Below are positions 15,603-46,891 of a stretch of 64,000 bases of DNA, piece after piece. Under the pieces are notes generated by a model. That model had not been told where the DNA came from. It did not search any database and was given only the letters and a program-made list of their open reading frames with translations. The position numbers and the translations under genes were made by a program. Source of the stretch: Octopus vulgaris (lineage: Eukaryota); the NCBI GenBank assembly GCA_951406725.2, contig OX597825.1, forward strand, positions 79,670,001 through 79,734,000. Direction: 5' to 3'. Within the stretch, counting starts at the first letter, position 1; every line of letters begins with the position of its first letter.

Positions 15603-16439
15603 TTGGTGGATGTCGATGTATGTACATAAAGCTGCAAATGATTGTGGATAGATATTGGGTTAAAAAATACTTTTTTCACAGAAAAAGTTGAAAGCTACCC
15701 GTGAGCCTCGAACTTAGATCTCCTGTAAATATGATAGGCGTTCTACATTTGGACCAAAGCACTCCTTCGAACTTATTTAAACTTTATTTAAGCTTTTTTC
15801 TTACTAACGAGATTCATCGTTTCAAAAAGAATTATTTCATGTTCTTGAAGTTTCTAAATCTTTATGACGTCAGCAATACATTCATACATGCTTATATTAT
15901 ATTATATTATATCATATATATACACACACACACACGCATACCTTTTCTTCTGTGAACGAAAGGTCATAGTAACGAAATTATATATCGCTTCAAAGATATA
16001 ATATATATATATATATATATATATAATAAATGCGAAAATTAATTTCTGTGTGTCAGTGTATCACACTTAGACCCCCTCTCTAACAATTCAAATACATTCC
16101 TACTATTCCTTATGATGGGGTGAGATTATAGTAGGCATAGAAATGGTGAGGGCGGTAGACAGACAGAAAGAGAAAAAGAAAGAGAAAAAGAAAAAGAGGG
16201 GGATAGAAACAAAGAAATTTAGGGAGAGTTGATGATGTTTTATTAAAAGTAGTAGTGTTGATGGTGGCAGTGGGAGTAATAATAAAAGAGAGAGAAAGAG
16301 TGGGTATGTGAGAGGAAGAGGGAGATGATATACAACTTTGTTAAGCCATGTCTCTTTGATAGAAATTCCTGTCACCAACATACTGAACACTGTCATTTTT
16401 GTTTTATTTATTTTGCTTCCTTTAACACACACACACACA

Positions 16440-16481
<42 letters not shown>

Positions 16482-16852
16482 TACATAAAATAACCCGGAA
16501 CCATGTGGTTGGTAAGTAAGCAACTTACCACACAGCCACTCCTGCGCCTAGTAATTATTAAATTATATACTATTCACTTTATCGTGGTTTTGTTATAAGC
16601 ATATTCCTCCGGTTATTGGAACCATTTGTCTTGCATAAAGCCTGTACGTGGTGCAAAAAGTTTGGAAATTGCTGACATACAAAATCGTTCGATTTGTTCA
16701 CAAGTTTAGGTTTCATCTTCTCTTGCTGACCTTGCTTTGTTAAATTCCCTCTCAGATATATTTTGAATTTTATCGTATTTCTTTCTTTGAGTTCACCAGA
16801 TAACTATCGCTGCCTGCACACTCCTCCCTTTTATTCACCCTAAGAATTACAA

Positions 16853-17000
16853 AGGAGGCGCGTGACTTAGTAGTTACGGTGTTGAACTCATGATCGTAAA
16901 GTTGTGGTTTCGATTCCTGGACTGGGCGATGCGTTGTGTACTTGAGCAAAACACTTCGTTTCACGTTGCTCCAGTCCACTCAGCTGGCAAAAATGAGCAA
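16853..17000 (+). mobile_element. tRNA-derived SINE (family C)
   Basis: GGAGGCGCGTG.CTTAGT.GTTA head, GTTTCGATTCC B-box; copies 45228-45460(+), 34130-34395(-). Confidence 0.7.
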
Positions 17001-17763
17001 TCGTATATTCATAATCACATGAACAAGTTGATGTACGTCAATGAGCGTATGTCTATAAGTGTAGATGTGTGTGTGTGAGCGAGTGTGTGTGCGTGTGTGC
17101 GTGTGAAGATGAACTCTGTAACCTCTGTTGTATTGATTAGGTCAGGTCATGAATTGTTTTCCTAAACACAATATTTGACCTCTTGACCTCTGTATTCAAT
17201 ATGTCAAATTATATAACTGACCTGACATATTTCCAAAACAATTGAATACGGCAGAGAGGAAACAAGGAGGACATTTGTTCTCTTGTACAGGTGCACACAC
17301 ACACACACACACACTCACACGCACACATAGATACATACACATACTTGCACACGTACGCATACACACATACGCAACACTCCACACAAACATACGCACACCC
17401 CTCAAATACACGCACACATAAATACAAAAACATGCATACACACATATACACAAGCATACATATATTCGTACACTCATACAAACATACAAACACACATATA
17501 CGCAAGCATACATACACCTATATATGCGCATACATACATACATGCATACACACATACATACATATATACATACATACTTACATGCATGCTTGCATACATA
17601 GATGCATGCATACATACTTACATGCAAGCATGCTTACATACATACATACATACATACATACATGCATACATACATACACATATACATGTATACATACGTG
17701 CATGCTTGCATATATGCGTGTGTGTTATGCATGTATATGTATGTATATATGTGCGTGTGTGTG

Positions 17764-17811
<48 letters not shown>

Positions 17812-18467
17812 TATATGTATATCATATTTATGAATACATTATACGAGTGTGTGTGCGTGCGTCCGTGCGTATTCTTCTGTTTTTATATATTCGAAGTTTG
17901 TCACAAACGAGCTGCATTCTAACAAAGATACAAACCTCCGCCATTGGAATGCAGACGATAAAAGCAAATTCACATTTCAACTTTTGAGAAAATTCTTGCA
18001 TATTTTTTTTTTAGATTTTCACTTACACATTGTATTTCTAATGCACGTATTAAGTGCTTTATTTTTATTTTTGACAATCCCAACTATTCCAGATTGTCAC
18101 AAAACCAAGTGCACCAATTATTATTGGTATAAATGTCAGTTTATAATCGAGGCATAAAAGCTGAAGGTTTCGAGGCAGCTGACCCTAATTATCTTCTTTC
18201 TCTTTGGTTTGCCAAGAGATACAAAGTGCATTCCTCAAGTTTTTCGGGCAGTTTTTAGGAGTGGCAGTCATAACTGATCTAGAATTTTCATAATTTTAGT
18301 ATACCATCACTGTACATCTAATAAGCTGACATGCCAACGTTTGTTTATTGCAGACTGAAGGAGACAGCTGTAACTGCATTTTGGACAAATCCATCTAAAC
18401 ACTGCTTCTTAGAGCTGACTAGTTTGCAGAATGCAGTCGGGACGTTTAGAAACTTATTATGGAATAG

Positions 18468-18588
18468 AGATTCCAATACCTTATGAGTAGGGTTTTAACC
18501 CTTGATTCAATAACACTGTGTATAAACTCTATACTTGAAATGACCAATTTTAAATACTATGGATTCTACTCATAAGGTATTGGAATCT
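18468..18588. mobile_element. MITE-like element with perfect 23-bp inverted repeats
   Basis: AGATTCCAATACCTTATGAGTAG ... CTACTCATAAGGTATTGGAATCT. Confidence 0.7.
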
Positions 18589-18733
18589 TATATGTATACC
18601 ATTCTGCCTAAAAAATATGGATCTACAAATACAATATACCTATATATATCTCACATCTATTTTCTTTCCTCCACCTCACTCTCTATTTTGTATCTTATCT
18701 AAATAAACTATTATTTAACCATCTTCTCACACC

Positions 18734-18781
18734 GTCTCCGATAAAGGGATATAATAAATATCATGGAAACAGCTGTAAGAC
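18734..18781 (+). ncRNA. Degenerate type I hammerhead motif
   Basis: GTCT-CCGATAA-[GATAT/ATATC hairpin]-GAAAC-AGCT-GTA-AGAC; palindromic stem III ACAGCTGT. Confidence 0.55.
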
Positions 18782-19148
18782 CTTCTCTCTATAAATGTTC
18801 TTAAATCTACACAACCTTGGGTTTTTTTTATCCCATTACAAAAAGAAATTTATATATATTATATAATACCCAATAAGATTCGAAAATCGATTAAACTAGT
18901 TCATAATTTTTTCAGTCTGCAGAGAACTAGCTAAACTTTATCCCTGTTTACAATTATACCTTATGTTACATATATATTATACCATGCCTTGATACTGTGT
19001 GGGCTAAGATCTCCGTTGCTATTTATAGAGTGTTAAAAACTTTCGGTATGCAAATTAGGGACTCCTTCACAGAGTAACTGCTGCATTTGTTGAGTATATA
19101 AGCAGTTTTTTTACTTGTTTCTCTGGAGGTTGTTAAAATGATGTGGAC

Positions 19149-19191
19149 GCTTCTGATGAGAACCCAATAAGGTTCAAAAATCGATTAAGGC
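19149..19191 (+). ncRNA. Type I hammerhead motif (G12>A) in a direct repeat
   Basis: GCTT-CTGATGA-GAACC-CAATAA-GGTTC-AAAA-ATCGAT-TA-AGGC; the partial upstream copy at 18869-18893 retains GAAA. Confidence 0.6.
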
Positions 19192-19264
19192 TGTTCATTA
19201 TCTTTTCTTTTCAGTCTGCGGAGAAATGGTTAATATTTTCCCTGTTTATAATTATACCATATGT

Positions 19265-19314
<50 letters not shown>

Positions 19315-19460
19315 ACTTCTCCCTCTGAAGGGTATTTTTAACCCAGTATTTATACACTATTGTTTATAGCTTTATATCATTCGAGATCCACCATTGCAAA
19401 AAAAGAACACACACACACATACATACATGCATGCATCATAAGATAATCATTTATTCCGTA

Positions 19461-19506
<46 letters not shown>

Positions 19507-19669
19507 AGTATCATTTATCAAGAACTTGTTCACCGTTTGATCTGATCTGATCTGATATTTTGGGTATTTTTCTGACGAATCTGAAACCGAATCCGAAGCA
19601 ATTGACTTTTGTTTTATTTCATTATACCGCTATTATTATCATTATTTTTATTATTATCATTATTTTTAT

Positions 19670-19767
<98 letters not shown>

Positions 19768-19790
19768 TTACTACTACTACTACTACTATT

Positions 19791-19821
<31 letters not shown>

Positions 19822-20557
19822 TTATTATTAAATGTCAAAGTCTTTCCACACGCACACCACCACCACAAACAAAACAACAACAACAAACTTCTCCACTGAC
19901 ACATTATCCATTTGAACTGAATTATTTTGGTGCTGTTGTTGTTGCTATTGTTGTCGTTGTCGTCGTTGTTTTTGTTGTTGTGATTTAAGTTCGGAGTTCA
20001 AATTTCGCCGAGTCGACATATCTGTTTATTCTTTTACTTGTCTCAGTCATTTGACTGCGGCCATGCTGGAACACCGCCGTTAGTCGAGCAAATCGACTCC
20101 GGGACTTATTCTTTGCAAATCTAGTTCTTATTCTATCAGTCCCATTTGCTGAACCGCTAAGTTACGGGAACGTAAACACACCAGCATCGGTTGTCAAGCG
20201 ATGTTGGGGGAGGGGACAAATACAGACACACAAACATACACATACACACACCTAAACATACATACATATATATATATATACGATGGGCTTCTTTCAGTTT
20301 CCGTCTACCAAATCCCCTCAAGGGTTTGGTCGGACCGAGGCTATAGAAGAAGACACTTGTGCAAGGTGCCACGCAGTGGGACTGAACCCAGAACCATTGG
20401 GTTGATAAGCAAGCTACTTACCACACCCCCGCTTTTGCGCCTATCATTTTCAGGGTCGATAAATTAAGTAGCAGTTGAGCACTGGGATCAAAGTAAACTA
20501 ACCCCTTCTCCCCACAAAATATTTCAGGCTTTGTGCCTATTATAAAAACGATTATTA

Positions 20558-20618
<61 letters not shown>

Positions 20619-20687
20619 CATCATCATTACTACTACTCCTACTACTCCTACTACTACTCCTACTACTACTACTACTACTACTACTTA

Positions 20688-20739
<52 letters not shown>

Positions 20740-20871
20740 ACTGCTACTACTACTACTGCTACTACTACTACTACTGAATGAGAGAGCAGCGCATACCATC
20801 AAAGTGTCACTTATATGAAGCCCAATATATCCATCATGACTACTTGTCTGATAAGGGTACACCAGGCACAT

Positions 20872-20953
<82 letters not shown>

Positions 20954-21079
20954 CATTATCCTCATCATCATCGACGAAGACGTCGCACAGTATACAATCT
21001 TGTGATGTTGTAGATTGTAAAGATTGACTGTACAGAGGACTTGTGTTGCCTATCAAGTCACAACAAGGACCACAGAGGG

Positions 21080-21730
21080 TCACTATTTTACGCAATATTC
21101 GTGCAGTTCCAAGTGAAACCGATTTTTGCAACACACTAAGATTGTAGGGTATTTCTAATGTTTCCAGGCGTTTCTTCAAGTTGGGTGGTATTGAATCCAA
21201 TGCTCCGATAACGACAGGAACAGCTGTTATGTTTGACTCTCGTAGCTGCCACAGGTTGGCGATCTCAATTCTCTGGTCTCCGTATTTCTCAACCTGTTCT
21301 CTTTCTTTCGTGATAATACGTTGATCTCCTGATACTGCCACGTCGATTATTAAGCACCCTTTCTTGTACCTCTTAAGGGCTACTATATCTGACCTTCGTT
21401 GCTGTAGCACCTTGTCTATCTAGGAGTCAAAGTCTCAGATGATCTTTGCCTTCTCGGTTTCGTCCATTACCTTTTCCGGTGTATGCTGGTACCATTACCT
21501 TATATCCGTACTCCTGGTACAGTAGTCAGTGAAGGTTTCGTGGGTGCCTTATATTTTCACCAGTAATCTCTTTGCGCAAGTCTTTCACGAGATCTAACAA
21601 TGTGAGTCACGCTTTCGACCTTCTTCCCAAAGATTCCCACACAATCGTTGCACTTGTTTGGCATAAATCCTTTTTCAGTGAGTCAGTGCTCAATGCCTGG
21701 TCCTGGGCATCGATGATCAGGCTTTCAGAG
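21080..21730 (-). mobile_element. R4/Dong-like non-LTR retrotransposon, restriction-like endonuclease end
   Basis: RRSDIVAL..CLIIDVAV..KEREQVEKYGD..VPVVIGAL..LQKSVSLGTARILRK; 3' side runs into (AAT)n. Confidence 0.8.
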
Positions 21731-21769
21731 CTTCCAGGTCCTTTTTAGTTGTTAGTTTTGCGGCGGAAC

Positions 21770-22260
21770 TCCATCGTTTCTCGGCTGAATACGGTGTCAG
21801 TTTGAAGACTAAAATAAGTATAAACAAACCTTGTACTTTAAGCACACTTTTGTACGGGCAGAATCATGGACTCTCTACTCCAGATATATAAAGAAACTTG
21901 AAACCTTTCACATGTGCTGTCTGCACAATATTTACAACATAAAATGGCAAGATAAGATATGAAATGTCAACATTTTAGAAAAATTTGATATCTTCATAAT
22001 CAAAAACATGCTGTGCAGAATTTTGTGCAAATTGGATGACATGTTGTTCGAATGAAACATAATCGCAATCCGAAAATCCTTTTGTGTGGCCAACAAGCAG
22101 AGAGATGCCGCGGCAAAGGAAGACCCATCCTTAGGTTTAAGGATAAGTTGAAGCAATCAATAAAGTTTCTACAGCTTAATTTGACATCTTAGGAAAGCCA
22201 TTGCCTGGATCGATCTGCGTGGCGTAAAATGTGTCATCAATTTGAGTTGAGTTAGAAGCA
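21770..22260 (+). mobile_element. RTE-type LINE relic
   Basis: LLYG..WTL..KKLETFHMCCL..NIKWQDKI pattern, frameshifted. Confidence 0.55.
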
Positions 22261-22479
22261 AAAAAAAAAAAAGCCACATCCTGCAATCAACAGACACCTT
22301 TGTCCAGGCAAAATCATCAGTGTCCGCATTGTGACTTCATACCAAAGTCCATACCAGGACTGATATTACGTCCAGGCATCCATCGCAAATAGGAGCAACG
22401 TCTTTTATTTTCAATCACTTTTTTTTTTTTGTCTTTTCCTTTAAACACTCAACCGTCGAAATCGATGGGAGCACCATCA

Positions 22480-22547
<68 letters not shown>

Positions 22548-22549
<2 letters not shown>

Positions 22550-22920
22550 GATGGTAAGCTGGCAGAATCGTTAGCACACCGTGCGAAATGCTTAGCGGTA
22601 TTTTGTCTGCCACTACGTTCTGAGTTCAAATTCCGCCGAGGTCGACTTTGCCTTTCATCCTTTCGGTGTCGATTAAATAAGTACCAGTTATGTACTGGGG
22701 TTGATATAATCGACTTAATCCGTTTGTCTGTCCTTGCTTGTCCCCTCTGTGTGTAGCCCCTTGTGGGTAGTAAAGAAATAGGTATTTCGTCTGCCGCTAC
22801 GTTCTGAGTTCAAATTCCTTTCGGGGTCGATAAAATTAGTACCAGTTACGCACTGAGGTCGATGTAATCGACTTAATCCCTTCTCCAAAATTTGAGGCCT
22901 TGTGCTTCCAGTAGAAAGGA
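22548..22920 (+). mobile_element. tRNA-derived SINE (family A; Meta-domain-like core)
   Basis: GAGCTGGCAGAA.CGTTAGCAC head, GTTCAAATTCC B-box, GCCTTTCATCCTTTCGGGGTCGATAAA core; other copies near 23580, 31200(-), 34660, 41850, 43024, 48576, 57278, 58472, 58930(-), 61519, 61998. Confidence 0.8.
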
Positions 22921-22934
22921 TTATTATTATTTTT

Positions 22935-23005
<71 letters not shown>

Positions 23006-23006
<1 letters not shown>

Positions 23007-23550
23007 GAGTGAGTGGGAGAGCAGTTCATGCCATCAAAGTGACACTGGGGTATAATATACGAAGCTTAGTAAACCCATCATGACTACCCGTCTGATAAGG
23101 GTACACCAGGCACATGCATCACAACCATATGTGCGCGACATGGTGATCTCCTTTCAAGATAAACAGTGCATGACCTTGCAGGTGGGGCCCAGTTAGAATT
23201 TTCTTCATGTCGAGTAGCCCATGCAATTCAAAAAGTACCTGAATAAGGTTTGTTTAAAGATGGTGAACGAAACGCCCATGTTTCCAGAGGATGATTATTC
23301 AAACTCCAGACAATTCCTCTCAACACATGTCTATGATGCTTCCCCACTATTTCTGCTCTTGATCAGAGATGCACATATCGTCAGCCATTAAGGTACGCGT
23401 TCAACAGGTTAAGGTCAAACAACTGACAAGCAAATCTGTGGTATTGAGCAGACTGTTTGCTGTAGCCCATCTTTTATACCAAGACAAAACAATGTACATG
23501 ATAACACTTCCAATCAGTTAAGATCAGAAGCCGTGAGAGCCACTGCCTGA
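23006..23550. repeat. ~560-bp dispersed non-coding element inserted in (AAT)n
   Basis: GAGAGCAGTGCATGCCATCAAAGTGACACTGGGG...; copies 7175-7558, 40184-40746, truncated 8790-8840 and 20777-20872. Confidence 0.8.
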
Positions 23551-24114
23551 TCAACGTCATTATCATTATTATAAATATCAAAGCGGTGAGTTGGCAGAAT
23601 CGTTAGCACGCCGGGCAAAATGCTTAGCGGCATTTCGTTTGTTACTACGTTCTGAGTTCAAATTCTGCCGTGTTTTGACTTTGCATTTTCACCCTTACGA
23701 GGTCGATAAAATATGTCCCAGTTGAGTACAGGGGTCGATATAATAGTTTTATCGCTTCTCCCAAAATTAAAGGCTCTGTACCTTCAGCAGAAAAGATTAT
23801 TATCGTTGTTGTTCTAGTTGTGTTGGCCCGTTGTTGCGTGCCTTTTGTTCAAGTGGAATGTTCTGGAAGGCTGTTCAGGGTAAGAACATGGCCTTTTCGA
23901 TTTCCTGATTGACAGACACCGTCTCGGATTCTATTCAGGCTTTTGTATTGTACCGATGTAAGTTGACAGTCTAACGTGATGTCTAACTTCCTCTCCGGCT
24001 AAGGTTTCTGTTTATTTATATAGATGTGTACGTCTATATAGCTGACATAAGCACACATACGCACGCGCACTCTCGTCTGTATGGCTGTACGTGAGTTCTT
24101 AGCTACCTACGTGC

Positions 24115-24189
<75 letters not shown>

Positions 24190-24332
24190 CCTACCTACCT
24201 ACCTACCTACCTATCCATCCATCCATCCATCCATCCATCAATCCATCCATCTATCCATCCATCTATCTTTCTACCTACCTACCTACCTACCTACTTATCT
24301 ACCTATCCATCCATCCATCCATCCATCCAAAC

Positions 24333-24407
<75 letters not shown>

Positions 24408-24456
24408 AACTTTCTGTTTGTCTTTATATAATTTTACTTATATACAGGCACAAATA

Positions 24457-24495
<39 letters not shown>

Positions 24496-25089
24496 GCGCT
24501 CGCACCCACACACACAGAATCGGTGTTTCCCACGCATTTTCGATCGAATCTCCTGCGAGTCGACATGGGATCCCTTGATGACAATATAATCTTCATTTGC
24601 CTAAGGTATCTTTGGCCCAATGAGAAGCTGGCGGATTACCCCTCGTCTGGATAATTACTACTTCCGAAGTTCTCCTAGCTACGAAACATATATATCCTGG
24701 ATTTTACCTTCTCCATTCCCTAATTCTGGATTTCTATTCGCATACACAGCAACCCCAGCTGCAAACCGTAAGCTAGAAAATAACTTCTTTCAGCTGATCG
24801 AACTTCGATGTGGGAAAATTTTACAACCTTCTACGTCAACAAACCTCTTCCGTCCGTGAATGTTTTTTTTTTTTAATGCTTTCTACGGACTTCTCGAAGC
24901 TTACTAACTTCCTACACTTTGATCCTTGGATCTTACCTTTACATACACACACACACGCAACATATATGCATGCATACACACACGTGTGTGTGTACAAATA
25001 TATCAACTTGTGTGTGTATATATAAACATGCCTATACACACACATATTTAAATAGGTATGCTTGTATGCATATGTATGTATATGTATGT

Positions 25090-25990
25090 AATTATACATA
25101 TATACATACATACATAAATACATATATATATACACACACATACATACATGCATACATACATACACACACACATACATACATACAAACATTCATACATGCA
25201 TACATACATACATACATTCACACATACATACATACATTGATACATACATACATACATACATACATACATACTTATATACATACATACATACAAGCATACA
25301 AGCATACATGCATACATACATTCATACATACATGCATACATACATACATACATACATACATACATACATGCATGCATACATACATACATACATACATACA
25401 TACATACATACATACATACATACATACATACATACATACGTGCATACATACATACATTTGTACATACATTCACACATACATACATACATTGATACATACA
25501 TACATACATACATACATACATGCATACATACATACATACATACATACATACATACATACATACATACATACATACATACATACATACATACATACATACA
25601 TACATACATACATACATACATACATACATACATACATACATACATACACACACATACAAACATACATACATACATACATACATGCATACATACATGCATG
25701 CATGCATACATACATACATACATACATACATACATACATACACACACATACAAACATACATACATACATACATACATACATGCATGCATGCATACATACA
25801 TACATACATACATACACACACATACAAACATACATACATACATACATACATACAAACATACATACATACATGCATGCATGCATACATACATACATACATA
25901 CATACACACATACATACATACATACATACATACATACATACATACATACATACATACATACATACATACATACATGCATACATACATACG
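25090..25990. repeat. (CATA)n microsatellite array
   Basis: Directly visible; source of the spurious 455-aa YIHT ORF. Confidence 0.95.
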
Positions 25991-26172
25991 TGCGTACGTA
26001 CGCCCGTGTATACCTAAGTACGCGTACGAACTACTTTCCCGCTTCCAAATATCCCTCACGTGGCTTTGGCCGACTCGCAATGACTTACCCGAATGCGGCG
26101 CACAGTTGGGGGTCAAAGTTTGTAATGTGTTTCTGTAGCGGATTTCTAAATCACACAGCTATGCAACCGCCA

Positions 26173-26215
<43 letters not shown>

Positions 26216-26467
26216 TGTGTGTGTGTCTGTGTCTGTGTGTACACTTACGGACGATGTGTTTCAGTCTCGATTTGGCCTTATTATAGATACCCGAAAAATA
26301 ATCATGCATGCACACAACTACACAAACATACCTACATAGAGAGTGTGTGTGTGAGAGAGAGAGAGAGAGCGAGAGCGAGACAGAGACAGAGACAGAGACA
26401 GAGAGACAGAGAAACAGACAGACAGACAGACAAACAAACAGACAGACTGACAGACAGGCAGATAGAC

Positions 26468-26542
<75 letters not shown>

Positions 26543-27324
26543 CGAAAGGACAGACAGACAGACGGGCTGACGAACGGAAGGACGGTCGGTCGGACATATT
26601 GCTGAATATATAAATAGATAACGTGACAATCAGATGGCCGTTTAACAAATAAAGTATGCACCCCCTCACACACACACATACACATACACATACACACCTG
26701 TACACAATCATATGCATATACACACAAACATATTCATATATACATTGTGTACACACGCACAAGCATATATACATGTGCGTGCGTGCACGTAGGCGTGTAT
26801 TTACATAAATATTCTTTGTTGGCATTTTGGTTTTATTGAAGATTTGGTCTCTGGAGAATTTTGGATATTTGCTCTTTGGAATCAGTTTGACGAAATCTCT
26901 AACAATACCTGAAGCCAACTACCAAAGTTTCCCCTTATTATAACCACAGGAGTGGCAGCGACCTGCAAACACGCTCTTCTATAGAATACACTTTCTCTTA
27001 CTTACATCATGCCACATTCTACCCGTAGTACCTCATCCACAATACACCGTATACATATACATCACACACACACACACAACAAACATACGCATACATGCAC
27101 ACGCACGCACGCTCACACATTGACACATACGCATACAGAGATCTACAAGATAACAGGCAATCACAACCAACTAACCTGACCATGTCATGCTATACAAATG
27201 ATATCAAGATATACGATCTTGTCCTTTCTCTCCCTTTCTCTCTACCCCCACCCCCTCTGTCTTCCTCTATCTCCTTTTCTATGTTCCTCTATCTCTCTCT
27301 CTCCTTCTCACACACTTCCCATAC

Positions 27325-27517
27325 ACAGAACTACAAGCCAAATTAGCCAATCATCTGTCAGTAAACCAACCGCACCTTGTTACCGTATATATAAGTATTT
27401 TCTCGCCATTGTTTCCGTATCTATAACGAAAAGGCAAGACACTTGCTTTAATCCGATTTTATTTTCCTTGCAAGCAATTTATATAACTTCTGCAGCTCTG
27501 TCTCTGTCCAGTTCACC
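27325..27517 (+). promoter_or_regulatory. Putative proximal promoter/5'UTR of gene 1
   Basis: CCAAT 27347-27351, 22-bp block AAACCAACCGCACCTTGTTACC 27363-27384 identical to gene 2, TATATATAA 27386-27394. Confidence 0.65.
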
Positions 27518-44080
<16,563 letters not shown>

Positions 44081-44186
44081 ACTGGAAAACAGAAAACACA
44101 CACATACACACAAACACATACACGCATGCACGCACACATGCATACACACGCGCGTGCACACACGTTTACACATATTTAGACATGTT

Positions 44187-44227
<41 letters not shown>

Positions 44228-44245
44228 GTATATATGATGTGTGTT

Positions 44246-44295
<50 letters not shown>

Positions 44296-44420
44296 CCGAA
44301 ATTACTACGATGATCCGGTTCTTGACTGAAGACTGAGGGTTTCGAATGTCCTGTCCGTGTTTATTGTGTCGTCTTCTAAGAGTTATACGTTCTTGTCCAT
44401 GTTGTATTTTTCTACATACC

Positions 44421-44460
<40 letters not shown>

Positions 44461-44656
44461 GGATATATATTTGCAAAGGGAACCCACTTTTCATCGACAA
44501 TCGGTGATTGTCACACGCTGTCACAATACTCAGCTGGAGGAGGTGTCCTCCTGGGGCTACAAGCTACAGTAGCATCCACCCTTAAGGGTTACCCACATTT
44601 AGGTGGCAAATATACTTAACGATGTCGTGCAGCTACTAATTATACCTCGCTCAGAG

Positions 44657-44706
<50 letters not shown>

Positions 44707-44790
44707 ATATAAAAATATATATATATATATGTAAATAGATAGAGACTATTTGCACACACATGCACATATATGTATAGAGAGAGTTTTTCT

Positions 44791-44840
<50 letters not shown>

Positions 44841-45956
44841 TCTCACACACATTAAGAAACAATTACTTTCCAGTTCACATCCAGAATAGAAGAAATGTTT
44901 GAATGTAAGATTATTACACCTGAAGACCACCCGAAGACCACCTGACGATATAGAACGATTGAAATGAAATACTCAACAACAAAATCTCACACACACACAG
45001 ACGAAGAAGAAATTAATAATTGAAACATTTTAAATTATTGATTGCAATTATATAACATCTAATTAAAATTTGTGATTCAAGCATAAACAGTGTTCTCGGC
45101 TTTATTTCTTGTAGATAACACCATTTTTTTATCATTATTTGTTTTTCCTTAAGTGGATTTCATGGTTTTTGAAATCTGAGTGAAAAGTGTTACCTTAGTC
45201 CATTGACAATAGCCAAATGACTCACTGTGGAGGCACGTGGCTTAGTGGTTAGGGTGTTGGCCTCAAGATCATAAGATTGTGATTTCGATTCCTGGACAAG
45301 GTGTTGAGTTGTGCTCTTGAGTAAAACACTTCATTTCACCTTGCTCTAGCCCACTCAGCTGGCAAAAATGAGTAATCCTGCGACGGACGAGCGTCCCATC
45401 CAGTAGCAATATGCACCACAGCAGCTGAGACATCGAGCTTATGAGCCGGGAACGAGCATAATCCATTTTTACTGTTTATCTATAACCAGGACCAGCATCA
45501 CGAAGTGTGTTGTAGGGCAGGGGCCTTTCAATCAAACCATCCGACAGAAAACCCCCATAAAAAGAGAAAAGACCAAAACAATATCTGTCCCCTACTGCAG
45601 CAGAATCACCCAAACTCATTCAACTTCTTTGCACCCCTTAAAAAAAAACCCCAGAAACACCATTTTTGATATCATAAACCAAATATTCTTCTCTCGAACT
45701 TTTCTTTTTCCCATTTTTCTTCTTTCTGTCTTTTATCATTGTTGTTGTTGTTGTTGTTGTTCTTCTTCTTCTTCTTCTTCTTCTTCTTCTTCTTCTTCTT
45801 CTTCTTCTTCTTCTTCTTCTTCTTCTTCTTCTACAACTACTACTACAACTACTACTACAACTACTACTACAACTACTACTACAACTACTACTACTACTCT
45901 TCCTAATTCTTCTTCTTCTCCTCTTCCTAATTCTTCTTCTTCTTCTTCTTCTTCTT

Positions 45957-46004
<48 letters not shown>

Positions 46005-46448
46005 TTCCTAATTCTTCTTCTTTTTCTTCGTCTCTTCCTAATTCTTCTTCTTCTTCTTCTTCTTCTTCCCACTTCCTCCTCCTTCACCTCCCTTCCTCAC
46101 CGGAAAAGCGATTTCTTTCTTTATATAGTTAACCTTACAAGTCTGTCCTTGAAGGGGAGAAGGGACCACTAACGTGTCACGAGCAGTCAACGCTGCTGCT
46201 GCTGCTACTGCTGCTGCTGCTGCGGTTGTTGTTGCTATTGTTGGTGTCGACATCGTCACTGTTATAATTTATTCAACCATGTAAACATAAGACCGGAATT
46301 AACCAATTATCAATTTGCATCTAAAAACACAAATATTTAATACTTTTGCTTCCGGGTGAACTCCCTTATCTTGTATAAACATATTTCCTTTGGGGAATCC
46401 ACATACCTCAGTTCTTCACAAGACAAACCTTATTTCCCGCTCTATCTA

Positions 46449-46505
<57 letters not shown>

Positions 46506-46573
46506 ACACACACACACATGCATATACATACTCATACATACACACATATCTTTCATATATATATATCTATCTA

Positions 46574-46654
<81 letters not shown>

Positions 46655-46891
46655 ATCTTTTGTTCGTTTCAGTCATTTAACTGCGGCCTTTCTGGAGCTC
46701 AACCTTTAGTCGAGCAAATTGACACCGTGACTTATTCTTTGTAAGCCTAGTACTTATTCTATCGGTCTCAAACACACACACACACACACACGCATACGAC
46801 GGGCTTCTTTCCGTTTCCGTCAACCAGATCTACTCACAAAGCTTTGGTCGGCCTGAGGCTATAGTAGAAGACACTTGCCCAAGGTACCCCG

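Noticed and set aside
24919-26286. 455-aa YIHT-repeat ORF and similar MYVC/YI/HT/poly-I/poly-H ORFs across the window
   Set aside because: Translations of stop-free microsatellites, open in several frames and on both strands; no splice or protein-family signal.
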